Shown here: piece after piece, positions 18,651 to 28,003 of the stretch
How the letters are laid out: each line of letters begins with the position of its first letter
Position numbering within the stretch: the stretch's first letter is position 1
NCBI GenBank assembly: GCA_963667725.2
Contig: CAXXHO010000003.1
Span: 864,001 to 928,000 of the forward strand
DNA length: 64,000 nucleotides
From: Treponemataceae bacterium
GTDB taxonomy: Bacteria > Spirochaetota > Spirochaetia > Treponematales > Rectinemataceae
Direction of reading: 5' to 3'
Position numbers and translations under genes: made by a program
Notes under the pieces: model-generated
Seen by the model: the letters and a program-made list of their open reading frames with translations, nothing else
Database searches by the model: none
What the model was told of the DNA's origin: nothing

Positions 18651-19418
18651 ATGGTCGATGTTCAATCCATGAAAGATGAGCGCCGCATCCCCATCCAGAA
18701 AGTGGGCGTGAAGGGCGTGCGCTATCCTATAACGCTCAGGGACAAGACCGCCCAGATCCAGCACACCACGGCTGTCGTCAATCTCTACGCCGACCTTCCC
18801 CACGAATTCAAGGGCACGCACATGAGCCGCTTCATCGAGGTTTTTGAGGAATTCCGCTCGGATCTCTCGATGCCCAATTTTCTCGGGATGCTTCAGAAAA
18901 TAAGAGCCGAGCTGGAAGCCGAAACGGCCTATTCCGACATCCACTTTCCCTATTTCATCCAGAAAGCGGCGCCTGTTTCGGGGCAGACTTCGATAATGAG
19001 CTATGATTGTTCCTACGAGGGAAAGGTATCGGCGGCAGGCCATTCTTTCATCGCCGGCGTGACCGTTCCCGTGCAGACCGTCTGTCCCTGCTCGAAGGCC
19101 ATATCTAGCCAGGGGGCGCACAACCAGAGGGGACTCGTGACCCTGAAGGTCGCTCTGGGGCCGTTTTTCTGGTTCGAGGACATGATCGCCATCGTGGAGG
19201 ATTCCGCCTCCAGCGACCTCTACACACTGCTGAAGCGCGAGGATGAAAAATACGTTACCGAACGGTCATATGACCGTCCGAGGTTTGTCGAGGACCTTGT
19301 GAGAGAAGTATATTTGAAAGTGGACAGGCTGGGAAAGTTTCCAAAGTTCTCAGTCGAAGCCGAGAACTTCGAAAGCATACATAATCATTCGGCGTATGCC
19401 TTTGTCGAAAAAAATTGA
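18651..19418 (+). CDS. folE2: GTP cyclohydrolase IB
   Basis: DVQ, KGTHMSRF, VCPCSK, GAHNQR, PRFVED, ESIHNHSA. Confidence 0.95.
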   Translation: MVDVQSMKDERRIPIQKVGVKGVRYPITLRDKTAQIQHTTAVVNLYADLPHEFKGTHMSRFIEVFEEFRSDLSMPNFLGMLQKIRAELEAETAYSDIHFPYFIQKAAPVSGQTSIMSYDCSYEGKVSAAGHSFIAGVTVPVQTVCPCSKAISSQGAHNQRGLVTLKVALGPFFWFEDMIAIVEDSASSDLYTLLKREDEKYVTERSYDRPRFVEDLVREVYLKVDRLGKFPKFSVEAENFESIHNHSAYAFVEKN

Positions 19419-19430
19419 GAAGGAGCGACT

Positions 19431-19787
19431 ATGTCCGATAAATATCCCGTCGAGCAGAAGGACTTAAGCGAAAAAGGCACCAAGGGCATAATGTCGGCCG
19501 GGGCGGGCGTTGGCCTTCTCGGCATCAACGCCCTCCTCGGCATACCAGTACTGGGCTGGGCTCTTTCCGCGGGCATGCTCGTGCTCGGCGCCATGGGCGT
19601 CTTCGGCAAGACCAAGACCGACAAAGTATCGGGAACGGTCTTCACGGTAGCCGGCATCGCCGGCCTTACGACCATGTTCCTGCCGGGTCTCGCCCACAGC
19701 CTCCTCAGCCTGGGCGGCATCGGGCTTCTCATCTATGGTCTCGCGAACATCGGAGGCTTCCTTACGGGGCTTCGCAAAAAGAACTGA
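19431..19787 (+). CDS. Small Gly-rich membrane protein, unknown function
   Basis: AGGAG RBS, about four hydrophobic segments, in operon context. Confidence 0.75.
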   Translation: MSDKYPVEQKDLSEKGTKGIMSAGAGVGLLGINALLGIPVLGWALSAGMLVLGAMGVFGKTKTDKVSGTVFTVAGIAGLTTMFLPGLAHSLLSLGGIGLLIYGLANIGGFLTGLRKKN

Positions 19788-19801
19788 CGGATATCCATTC
19801 A

Positions 19802-21127
19802 ATGAAATACTACCTCGAGACATACGGCTGCGAGATGAACAAAGCCGAGTCCGCCGCCCTGGAGACAATACTGCGCGAACATGGCTGGCGGAGCGGAACC
19901 AGGGAAGAAGCCGATCTCGTCCTTATCAATACCTGCACCGTTCGAGCGACGGCCGAAAACCGCGCTTGGGCAAGAATTTCCCTCTTCGCGGCCGAAAAGC
20001 GCAGGCGCAAATTCGTCCTCATGGTGGTGGGCTGCATGGCGGAGCAGTACCACGATGAGATGAAAAAGCGAGTGCCGGAAATCGATTACGTTTTAGGCAC
20101 TTTCCAGAAACAGTCCTTCGGTCTCGTGATGGACCAGATTGCGGCCGGCACGCATTATGACCTGGCGGACGAATCGCCTTCCTATGTCTTCTCGAAGACT
20201 CACCACGAACCCGGCGCTTTCAGGGCTTTTGTGCCCATCATGCACGGCTGCAACAATTTCTGCAGCTACTGCATCGTGCCCTTCGTCCGCGGCAGGGAAA
20301 TCTCGCGTTCGCCCGCGGATATCCTGGCCGAGCTGGACAGTCTCGAAGCGGCCGGCGTGCGCGAGGTCACCCTCCTGGGGCAGAACGTCAATTCATACAG
20401 ATGGGCGGGAGAGACGGGCGGCATCAATTTTCCCGGACTGCTCAGGATAATCGCGGCTCACCTGCGCGAGAAGAGGCGGGCGGCAGGCATCGGCTGGATA
20501 CGATTTCTCACCAGTCACCCCAAGGACCTTTCCGAGGAGCTTGTCAGGGTGATCGCCGAGGAACCGGTATTCTGTCGGCATATCCATCTATGCATCCAAT
20601 CCGGATCCAATCGAGTTCTCGCCCTAATGAACCGAAAATATACGAAGGAATACTTCCTTGGCCTCGTCGACATGATGAGAACCGCCATTCCCGGCCTCTC
20701 CCTGTCTACCGACATTCTCGTGGGCTTCCCGGGGGAGACGGAGGAAGATCTGGAGGAAACCCTCGACGTGATGAGAAAAGTGCGTTTTGCTTTCTCCTTT
20801 ATGTATCATTTCAATCCGAGGGAAGGCACTCCGGCGGTGAAATTGCCGGACAGGGTTCCCGACAAGGTCAAGAAAGCGAGACTGGCGCGGGTTATCGCCC
20901 TCCAGAAGGAAATAAGCACGGAGCTCATGACGGAAAGATTGGGGGCCGTGGATGAAGTGCTCATCGAGGGCAAATCCCGGCGGTCTTCGAAGGAAATGCT
21001 GGCCAGGACGGCAAGGGACGAAATGGTTGTCCTGCCGGCCGATCCTTCCCGGATCGGTCAATTCGCGCGGGTGAGGCTGTCCGCGAAATCGGGCAACACC
21101 TTCAGGGCGGAAGAGGTGCATGAATAG
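19802..21127 (+). CDS. miaB: tRNA-2-methylthio-N6-dimethylallyladenosine synthase
   Basis: TYGCEMN, NTCTVR, GCMA, CNNFCSYC radical SAM motif, LLGQNVN, VGFPGET, TRAM-like C-terminus. Confidence 0.92.
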   Translation: MKYYLETYGCEMNKAESAALETILREHGWRSGTREEADLVLINTCTVRATAENRAWARISLFAAEKRRRKFVLMVVGCMAEQYHDEMKKRVPEIDYVLGTFQKQSFGLVMDQIAAGTHYDLADESPSYVFSKTHHEPGAFRAFVPIMHGCNNFCSYCIVPFVRGREISRSPADILAELDSLEAAGVREVTLLGQNVNSYRWAGETGGINFPGLLRIIAAHLREKRRAAGIGWIRFLTSHPKDLSEELVRVIAEEPVFCRHIHLCIQSGSNRVLALMNRKYTKEYFLGLVDMMRTAIPGLSLSTDILVGFPGETEEDLEETLDVMRKVRFAFSFMYHFNPREGTPAVKLPDRVPDKVKKARLARVIALQKEISTELMTERLGAVDEVLIEGKSRRSSKEMLARTARDEMVVLPADPSRIGQFARVRLSAKSGNTFRAEEVHE

Positions 21128-22235
21128 AAAATTGACGGCGCTGCTTTTTCTCGTCTTCCTGGCCGCCGCGGCTTTTGGGCAAAGCTCCAAGTCGCCCGCG
21201 GCCCCGATCGCGCCAGTCCTGCCGTCAACACCCAAGATTACGGGCGAACCGACCCTCGCGGCGGCCAGAAGCGCCGTCGCCAAAATGATAGGGAAGGAAG
21301 CTTTCGGAAACTATCTGGAAACCTATGCCCTCGCGCTGCCCCTCCACGACGCCGTCGCTCTCTGCAGGGAATTCCTGCCCAAGGCTCAGGCGGCGCAAAG
21401 CGCCAATCTTGCCGCTTTCGCTGGTTCCATCGCTCTTCTGGCGGGACGCTATGACGATGCCGCTTCCCTGTATTCGCAAGGATCGACAGCTACTGCGGGA
21501 ATTCACCCTGATTTGAACCTCAAGGCGGCTCGCTGTTACCTGGCGGCGGGAAATACCGTCGCGGCAAAAACGCAGCTGGATCTTGTCCCCAATGACGCGG
21601 AAGGGAAACCCTGGGAGCCGGCTCGACAGCTTGCCCTTTCCTGGCTCTACCTGTTCGAGGGCGAACCGGAAAAAGCCTTCATACTATTGCAGCCTCTCGT
21701 CTCGGAGAAAGGCGGCCAAGCCTCGCGTCGCGAAGCTCTTTTTCTCCTCTGGCTGGCGGCCGGCTCTCCCGAATTCGCGGATTTTAAGGTTTCCACAAAG
21801 GGGCTGGACGCGAGAAGCGTGGAAGCCATGCTCCAGTCCGAGTTTCCCGGCTCCATGGAGCAGGCTCTTACCAGGAAAGAAGTCTTTGCCAAGCCGGCTT
21901 CCTGGCTCCTGGCGGCGCTCTATGCGCCCTCCCGGGCCGCGATAGGTATGACGGTCGCGGAGCGCAGCCTGGCCAAACATGAGGCTCCCAAGGCTCAGGC
22001 CGCGGGATCGGAGAGCTCCATGACGCAGCTGCAGGTGGGGTGGTTTTCCCGCAGGGAAAATGCCACGACATTGACCGCGAAACTCGTGAAATTGGGATTT
22101 TTGGCCAAGACTGACGAGCAGAAAACAAAAGAGGGCGAACTGCGCTGGGCGGTGATCGTGGATGCGTCGGGGGATTGGTCCAAGACTCAGGCCAAACTCA
22201 AGGACCTGGGATACGAGTCATATCTCCTGCCTTAA
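21120..22235 (+). CDS. Exported TPR-like protein with C-terminal SPOR domain
   Basis: Signal peptide, helical Ala/Leu repeats, LQVGWFSRRENA...LKDLGYESY. Confidence 0.65.
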   Translation: MNRKLTALLFLVFLAAAAFGQSSKSPAAPIAPVLPSTPKITGEPTLAAARSAVAKMIGKEAFGNYLETYALALPLHDAVALCREFLPKAQAAQSANLAAFAGSIALLAGRYDDAASLYSQGSTATAGIHPDLNLKAARCYLAAGNTVAAKTQLDLVPNDAEGKPWEPARQLALSWLYLFEGEPEKAFILLQPLVSEKGGQASRREALFLLWLAAGSPEFADFKVSTKGLDARSVEAMLQSEFPGSMEQALTRKEVFAKPASWLLAALYAPSRAAIGMTVAERSLAKHEAPKAQAAGSESSMTQLQVGWFSRRENATTLTAKLVKLGFLAKTDEQKTKEGELRWAVIVDASGDWSKTQAKLKDLGYESYLLP

Positions 22236-23821
22236 TCGTCGAGTTTCCGGAGCAGAATATCGGGCTGATATAGCCTCTCTACCCTGTCCGAAAGAACCTG
22301 AGCCGGCTGGAGGATAAGCGTACTGATCCCATTGTTTTTTCCCAGCCTGATTTTAACCATATAGCTGAGTCGGCCGGATGGAATGGATTTGTCATCGATG
22401 AGGCTGAGATCCAGGATAACCTCATCGTCGACCTGGAATAGCGTGAAGAATCCCTGTGAAGCCAGACTCAGTCTGAATTTTCCCCCGATCAGATCGAGCC
22501 GCATGCCGTTTTCCGAAGCGTAGAAACCATCGAAATCCCCTAGTCTCAACGCGATCTCAGCCTCGCCGCCATCGAGCCCCACGCTGAAGGAGGTTTCGGC
22601 GGGCAGCATTTTAAAACTTTCCTTACGGGATGTCGTGTTTTCGTTCGATGGGCGTCTGTAGACGCCGTTCCAGTCCTCCTTCATGGCGAACTTGACGATC
22701 TGCTGGGCCGTGGCTCGTATCCTCACCTTATCCAAACCCACGAGATCGATGCCGAGAAGGCGGATCATATCGGGCACGGCGCTGTTGGAAATAGGCGCGT
22801 AAATGCCGGCGAAAGCCGCGTTCGATCTGCCCCAGTCCCACTGCTGCTGTTCCTGTTCGCTATGGAGGGAGATTTTTCTTCCTTCGGGATCGAAGAAGAC
22901 GAGGGTGGGGACAGCGCCTTCTTCGTCTTCCTTTATCCAAAGCCCCTTTAAGTAGTCATCGAAGTCCTCGGCTTGTCCGGTAAGAATCCTGTTTATAAAG
23001 AGTTGTTCGATATTTCCTCCGGGAACGAAGGATTCGGCTCCCCGCTCGAATTTCCTGCTGAAATGATTCCAGGAATACATGATTCTTTTCTGGTCGAGCG
23101 GAGAGGCCCCGCCGGGAGCCTCTACATAGACGCTGATCAAGATCGGCTCCTTGCCCTTGGGAAGGAGTTCGGCCAGAAGTTGGGACAAGGTTTTCTTTGA
23201 CATGGATTCGACGATACCTGTTTCGGCCTCCACCTCGGCCTCAGCCGGCTCCTCGAAGCTAATGGATAGTCCCGATTCCGAAAAGGCGGTGTAATAGGAA
23301 TTGGATCGGGCGGAGGGACGTTTGAAAACCGTGAGGGTTTGTCTATTGTCTTCGTCTATCCCGTAGCAGAAGAGATCGACGCTCCCGTCGGCCAGAAGAT
23401 CCTTGGGCTGGACAACGACAGCGTTGGGCTTGGTGGCGAGGGTTTCACCCTTCCATAGCCTGAAATAGCTGCTGGAATTGGGCAGGAAATCGGCGATGAC
23501 GATGGAAATCCTTCCGTTTTGCGTGTTAGTCGGCTTCACGATCAGAATTTGTTCCAGATCTTCGTCTTCGTCCAGGTTCATGTCGACGACATCGAGCAGC
23601 GTCTCATCCCATTCCAGGTTGATCTTCGACCGTTGCGCCGCCGTGGATTTTTCGCCGACTTCGCCCGCTTCGTTCGATACGGCTTCTATTTCCACCACCC
23701 TTCCCGCGACGGGCAATGTCGCGGCCAGGTTCTCCTGCCGCATCCTGGCGAAAAAATAGATAAAAAGACCGAAAGCGAGGATGAATGTCACGATCAGGAT
23801 GGCTTGGATGACTCTTTTCAT
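22232..23821 (-). CDS. Pallilysin-related adhesin-like membrane-anchored protein
   Basis: N-terminal TM; NLDEDEDLEQI, YFRLWKGET, YLKGLW, FFDPEGRKI, WNGVYRR pattern recalled from the spirochaete family; ATG 23821 chosen. Confidence 0.6.
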   Translation of the reverse strand: MKRVIQAILIVTFILAFGLFIYFFARMRQENLAATLPVAGRVVEIEAVSNEAGEVGEKSTAAQRSKINLEWDETLLDVVDMNLDEDEDLEQILIVKPTNTQNGRISIVIADFLPNSSSYFRLWKGETLATKPNAVVVQPKDLLADGSVDLFCYGIDEDNRQTLTVFKRPSARSNSYYTAFSESGLSISFEEPAEAEVEAETGIVESMSKKTLSQLLAELLPKGKEPILISVYVEAPGGASPLDQKRIMYSWNHFSRKFERGAESFVPGGNIEQLFINRILTGQAEDFDDYLKGLWIKEDEEGAVPTLVFFDPEGRKISLHSEQEQQQWDWGRSNAAFAGIYAPISNSAVPDMIRLLGIDLVGLDKVRIRATAQQIVKFAMKEDWNGVYRRPSNENTTSRKESFKMLPAETSFSVGLDGGEAEIALRLGDFDGFYASENGMRLDLIGGKFRLSLASQGFFTLFQVDDEVILDLSLIDDKSIPSGRLSYMVKIRLGKNNGISTLILQPAQVLSDRVERLYQPDILLRKLDD

Positions 23822-23920
23822 TGGCTGAACCAAGGTTGTTGTAGCACAGGGCACAGGAACGAGACAAGCGCGGAAGGATGGCGGCGCCGCGGAAGACATG
23901 ATATCATCAGCCATTCTATC

Positions 23921-25327
23921 ATGAAGACCATCAAGAATAAATCGGCACGCGTACTTATGTTCGCTTCCGCCTTCGTGCTTCTCAGCGCCGTGGCTCTGCT
24001 CTGGATCACCATGATTAGAGAGACCGAGCGCAAGGACCTCCTTCTCGAGTATGAGGCGTTTCGGGCTTCCAGCGCCATCGTCGAAGAATATCGGCAGGAC
24101 AGATCCTTTACCCCCGAGGGCGACAAAAGGGTTTTGGGCTTCGGTTTCTACCGAATCGATGGCAGCGCCTTTCAGCGCTATGGCACGGCCCCGGAGACGA
24201 TTCTGCTCAGGGACGTGCTCTGGGCGAGAAGGCAGGATAATAAAAACGGCGACCTGCCAAGCGGAGTCTCCGTTACTTTCTCTGAGGACAAGAAAACTCT
24301 GCGGCTTTTACGCTATTCCGGACTGCAAAACCCCTCCAGAATGATGGGGAGCGGCGGAAGCGCGACCGGGATGGGCATGGGCTGGGGAAGACTGGCCGCC
24401 CCGCTCTCGCCTGGGCTTCAGGATGAAACGGCCACGACACCGGCGCAAACCGCGCTGGTAGGCACCTATCTCATCTGGATGGAATATTCGGCCAACGGCC
24501 TTAGCGCCGAGAGGCTGCAGTTTTTCCTCGTGGCGGCGCTGATCACCGCCGCTCTTCTTGGACTGTATATCGTCCTGATTTTCGTTTTTAGACACAACGA
24601 GGAACTGGTGAGCCGCGAAGCTGAGACGAGGGAGCTTGTCCAGCTCGGGGAAGCGGCCAGAACCCTTGTCCACGAGATAAAAAACCCTCTCGGCATAATG
24701 CGCATCCAGACGGCCAAGATAAGGCGAATTGCCCTACAGCCTGAAACTTCGACATCATTGACCCAATCAGCCGATATCATCGAAGGCGAGATAATGAGGC
24801 TCTCGGGATTGGCAGACCGGATTCGCGAATTCCTGAAATCGAAACCGGCCCGGCGCGATCCCCTGGATCTCGTGCCCTTTCTGAGGGCTTATTGCGGCCG
24901 CTATCAAGATCTGAAGGATTCGGATATAAGCCTTGCCCAGGAAATTCCCGCTAGCGGGACAGCCATGGTCCTCGCCGACGCCGACAAGCTCGTCACGGCG
25001 CTGGACAATATCCTGCGCAACGCCATCGAAGCGGTGGAAGATCTCCCGGCCGGAGAAAAGCGCATCGCGCTCAAGCTTTTCCGCAGGGAAAACAATTGGG
25101 TGATAGCCGTGGTGGACTCGGGAATGGGCGTGCCTCCCGAAATACTGTCGCGCATTTTCGATCCTTTCTTCACGACAAAGGAAAAAGGCAGCGGCATAGG
25201 CCTCGCGCTGGCCAAGCGCCTCGTCGAATCCTTCGGGGGAAGCCTGACCTATGAAGGCGGGGACAGGGGCGGCGGCGCTGTCTTCCTGATCACCCTGAAA
25301 GAAGAGCAATCGACTTTAGGTAAATAA
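23921..25327 (+). CDS. Membrane sensor histidine kinase (HisKA + HATPase), no adjacent regulator
   Basis: Two TM; LVHEIKNPL, NILRNAIEA, DSGMG, IFDPFFTTK, GSGIGL. Confidence 0.88.
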   Translation: MKTIKNKSARVLMFASAFVLLSAVALLWITMIRETERKDLLLEYEAFRASSAIVEEYRQDRSFTPEGDKRVLGFGFYRIDGSAFQRYGTAPETILLRDVLWARRQDNKNGDLPSGVSVTFSEDKKTLRLLRYSGLQNPSRMMGSGGSATGMGMGWGRLAAPLSPGLQDETATTPAQTALVGTYLIWMEYSANGLSAERLQFFLVAALITAALLGLYIVLIFVFRHNEELVSREAETRELVQLGEAARTLVHEIKNPLGIMRIQTAKIRRIALQPETSTSLTQSADIIEGEIMRLSGLADRIREFLKSKPARRDPLDLVPFLRAYCGRYQDLKDSDISLAQEIPASGTAMVLADADKLVTALDNILRNAIEAVEDLPAGEKRIALKLFRRENNWVIAVVDSGMGVPPEILSRIFDPFFTTKEKGSGIGLALAKRLVESFGGSLTYEGGDRGGGAVFLITLKEEQSTLGK

Positions 25328-25336
25328 TTCCGGAAA

Positions 25337-25377
25337 ATGAAAAGGGGCGCGGGATCGAATCCCGCGCCCCTTTTCAT
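25337..25377. terminator. Bidirectional terminator
   Basis: ATGAAAAGGGGCGCGGGAT-cga-ATCCCGCGCCCCTTTTCAT between convergent genes. Confidence 0.88.
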
Positions 25378-25411
25378 GGTTAAAATAATACTGGAATGGA
25401 TTGCAGGAAAC

Positions 25412-26611
25412 TCATATCCGCTTCAGGACCCGGGCGATGATCTCCAAGGCTTCGCGCAGTTCTGCCTCTGTTATGACCAGCGGCGGAGCGAAGCGGATGA
25501 TGTTGCCGTGAGTCTGCTTGGCCAGCAGTCCCTCATCCCTCAAGGCGAGGCAGACATCCCAGGCCTGGAACCCTTCCTCGAAGACAATCGCGTTCAGGAG
25601 GCCTTTGCCACGTACCAGCTTCACCTTCGCGCAGGGAATGGCAGCCGCTTCCTTTCGGAACAGCTCGCCGAGGCGCGCCGCGTTCTCCTCAAGTTTTTCG
25701 TCCTCGAGCACTTCGATGGCCGCGATTCCCACGGCGCAGGCGAGAGGGTTTCCGCCGAAGGTGGAACCATGGGTGCCGGGAGTGAAAACGTCCATAACCC
25801 TCTTGTCGGCCACGATGGCTGAGATAGGCATGATGCCGCCGCCGAGGGCCTTGCCCAGACACATGATGTCGGGGCGGGCATCTTCGTACTGCCACGCGAA
25901 ACGCCTGCCGGTCCTGCAGAAACCCGTCTGTATCTCGTCGAAGATGAGGAGGATGCCATGCCGGTCGCAAATCTTCCTCAGCCGGGCGAGATAACCCTCG
26001 GGCGGAACCACCACGCCGGCTTCTCCCTGGATAGGTTCGACAATCACGGCCACGGTATTCTCGTCGATTCTGCTCTCGACGGCCTGGGCGTCCGCGTACG
26101 GCACCTTGATGAATCCGGGCACGTAGGGGCCGTAGTTCACGAGGGATTCGGGATCTATGGACATGGAGATAGCCGCCAGGGTTCTTCCGTGGAAATTGCC
26201 TTCGGCGCATATGATCGTCTGCTTGCCGTTGGGCACTCCCCTGATCTCGGCGCCCCAGCGCCTGGCCGCCTTGAGAGCGGTTTCGACCGCTTCCGCGCCG
26301 GTGTTCATGGGGAGGGCCGCCTCGTAGCCCGTGTATTCGCAGAGCTTTTTAAGAAACAGACCCATCTTGTCGTTATGGAAAGCCCTCGACGTGAGGGTGA
26401 CTTTTTCGAGCTGATCCTTTACCGCCTCGATGATGCGCGGGTGGAGATGGCCCTGGTTGACGGCCGAATATGCCGACAGGAAATCGAAGTAAATCCTGCC
26501 TTCAGGGTCTTTTACCTTGCAGCCTTTTGCCTCAGCGATGACGACGGGGAGCGGATGGTAGTTATGCGCGCCGAACGTTGCGTCCAGGGCGATGTAGTCC
26601 TGGGACTTCAT
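25412..26611 (-). CDS. rocD: Ornithine--oxo-acid transaminase
   Basis: AHNYHPLP, SAYSAVNQGH, LTSRAF, EPIQGEAG, DEIQTG, LGKALGGG, HGSTFGGNP. Confidence 0.94.
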   Translation of the reverse strand: MKSQDYIALDATFGAHNYHPLPVVIAEAKGCKVKDPEGRIYFDFLSAYSAVNQGHLHPRIIEAVKDQLEKVTLTSRAFHNDKMGLFLKKLCEYTGYEAALPMNTGAEAVETALKAARRWGAEIRGVPNGKQTIICAEGNFHGRTLAAISMSIDPESLVNYGPYVPGFIKVPYADAQAVESRIDENTVAVIVEPIQGEAGVVVPPEGYLARLRKICDRHGILLIFDEIQTGFCRTGRRFAWQYEDARPDIMCLGKALGGGIMPISAIVADKRVMDVFTPGTHGSTFGGNPLACAVGIAAIEVLEDEKLEENAARLGELFRKEAAAIPCAKVKLVRGKGLLNAIVFEEGFQAWDVCLALRDEGLLAKQTHGNIIRFAPPLVITEAELREALEIIARVLKRI

Positions 26612-26729
26612 GGAAGAACCTCCTTGGTATCTCGCCTTTCTGTCGATATCGAAAATTAGGGAGGGCGATTGACTCAGTGTATACCGGGATTGGTTTCCAC
26701 GCCAGAGTAAAAAGGTTAAATCATATTGG

Positions 26730-26768
26730 TATAGATAATTATCGAATTGTGGTGCATAATGATGCAGA
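26730..26768. promoter_or_regulatory. Tandem ARG boxes (ArgR/AhrC operator) upstream of rocD
   Basis: TGCAT-aatg-ATGCA (26753-26766) and TAGAT-aatt-ATCGA (26732-26745), 21 bp apart. Confidence 0.6.
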
Positions 26769-26823
26769 ATGGCTGGCCCGCGCCAGGCCTAGGTCGGATC
26801 TGAGGCGGGCCGACATCAGGTCA

Positions 26824-27984
26824 TCAACCTTTCTCGTAGGAATAGCTCAGCGCCTCGCGATGTTCAAACCGCTCGACGGCGAGGGAGAGAAGGGTATCCA
26901 GGAGCTCGGGGTAGGGCAGACCGCCCGCCTCGCACATCCGTGGATACATGGAGATGGCGGTAAATCCGGGAATGGTGTTCACTTCGTTGATGAGAATATC
27001 GCCGGTGCGTCGGTCGATGAAAAAATCCACCCGGGCCATTCCCGATAGTCCGCAAGCCTTGTATGCCTTGACGGCGAGGGCCTGGATGGTTTCAGCCTGC
27101 TGGGGAGGGATGGAAGCCGGAACGCAGAGCGTTGCTCCATTGGGGTCCTTGTACTTGGCCTCGTAATCGTAGAATTCGTGGGCCGGCATAATTTCGCCCG
27201 GCGCGAAGGCCTTGGGCTTTTCGTTGCCCAGCACGGCGCATTCGATTTCCCTGGCGCTGATGAATTTCTCCACGAGAACCTTTTCGTCGTAGGCGAGGGC
27301 AATATCCAGAGCCGCCTCAAGCGCCTCCATATTCCCGGCTTTCGAGGCGCCGACGGAGGAGCCGCAGCTGGAGGGTTTGACGAAGCAGGGCCAGCCGAAT
27401 CGGGCCTCGATTTTCCTTGAGAGGTTGGCCATGAACTGTGGGTTGGCCCTGTCCGCGGCCCTCACCAGGATCGAATCGACCACGGGGAGCCCCTCACGGA
27501 GCCAGAGTTCCTTGGCCACGTGCTTGTCCATGCCTATGGCGGAACCGAGGACGCCGGCGCCCACGTAGGGGAGACCCGCGCACTCGAGGAGGCCTTGTAT
27601 CGTCCCATCCTCGCCGAAGGTGCCGTGCAGCACGGGAAAGACAATGTCGCAGCCGAGATTTTCGGTTCCGCCATCGCGCTTCTCGACGAAGAGACCTGCT
27701 CCGGGGGCCACGAAAACCCTGCGTCCTTGGTTGATGGGAGGCAGTCCGCTCATGCCCTGGCGGCCTTCGGATCCTTCGCCCGTCTTGTCGTCCGCTTCTG
27801 CGGCCATTCTCGCGCTTTTCAGCGCGGACGCGTCCTGGAGAAGCCATTCCCCCGTTTTCTTTATGCCGATGAGGAGGACTTTATATTTCTTGGCGTTGAG
27901 CTGCCGCACGATGCTGGCCGCCGAAATGAGGGAGACTTCATGCTCTCCCGATTTGCCGCCGTAGAGAATCGCTATTGTCTTCAT
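26824..27984 (-). CDS. ddl: D-alanine--D-alanine ligase
   Basis: GGKSGEHEVS, FPVLHGTFGEDG, FYDYEAKY, ARVDFF, NEVNTIPGFT. Confidence 0.95.
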   Translation of the reverse strand: MKTIAILYGGKSGEHEVSLISAASIVRQLNAKKYKVLLIGIKKTGEWLLQDASALKSARMAAEADDKTGEGSEGRQGMSGLPPINQGRRVFVAPGAGLFVEKRDGGTENLGCDIVFPVLHGTFGEDGTIQGLLECAGLPYVGAGVLGSAIGMDKHVAKELWLREGLPVVDSILVRAADRANPQFMANLSRKIEARFGWPCFVKPSSCGSSVGASKAGNMEALEAALDIALAYDEKVLVEKFISAREIECAVLGNEKPKAFAPGEIMPAHEFYDYEAKYKDPNGATLCVPASIPPQQAETIQALAVKAYKACGLSGMARVDFFIDRRTGDILINEVNTIPGFTAISMYPRMCEAGGLPYPELLDTLLSLAVERFEHREALSYSYEKG

Positions 27985-28003
27985 AACACGTCCTTTTAAG
28001 AAA

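Noticed and set aside
23519..23920. Extended starts making the kinase and the pallilysin-like gene overlap head-to-head
   Set aside because: ATGs at 23921 (+) and 23821 (-) directly precede TM segments and leave a normal divergent gap
26688..26704. Sigma54 promoter for rocD (TGGCG on the minus strand)
   Set aside because: No TTGC -12 element at the required spacing
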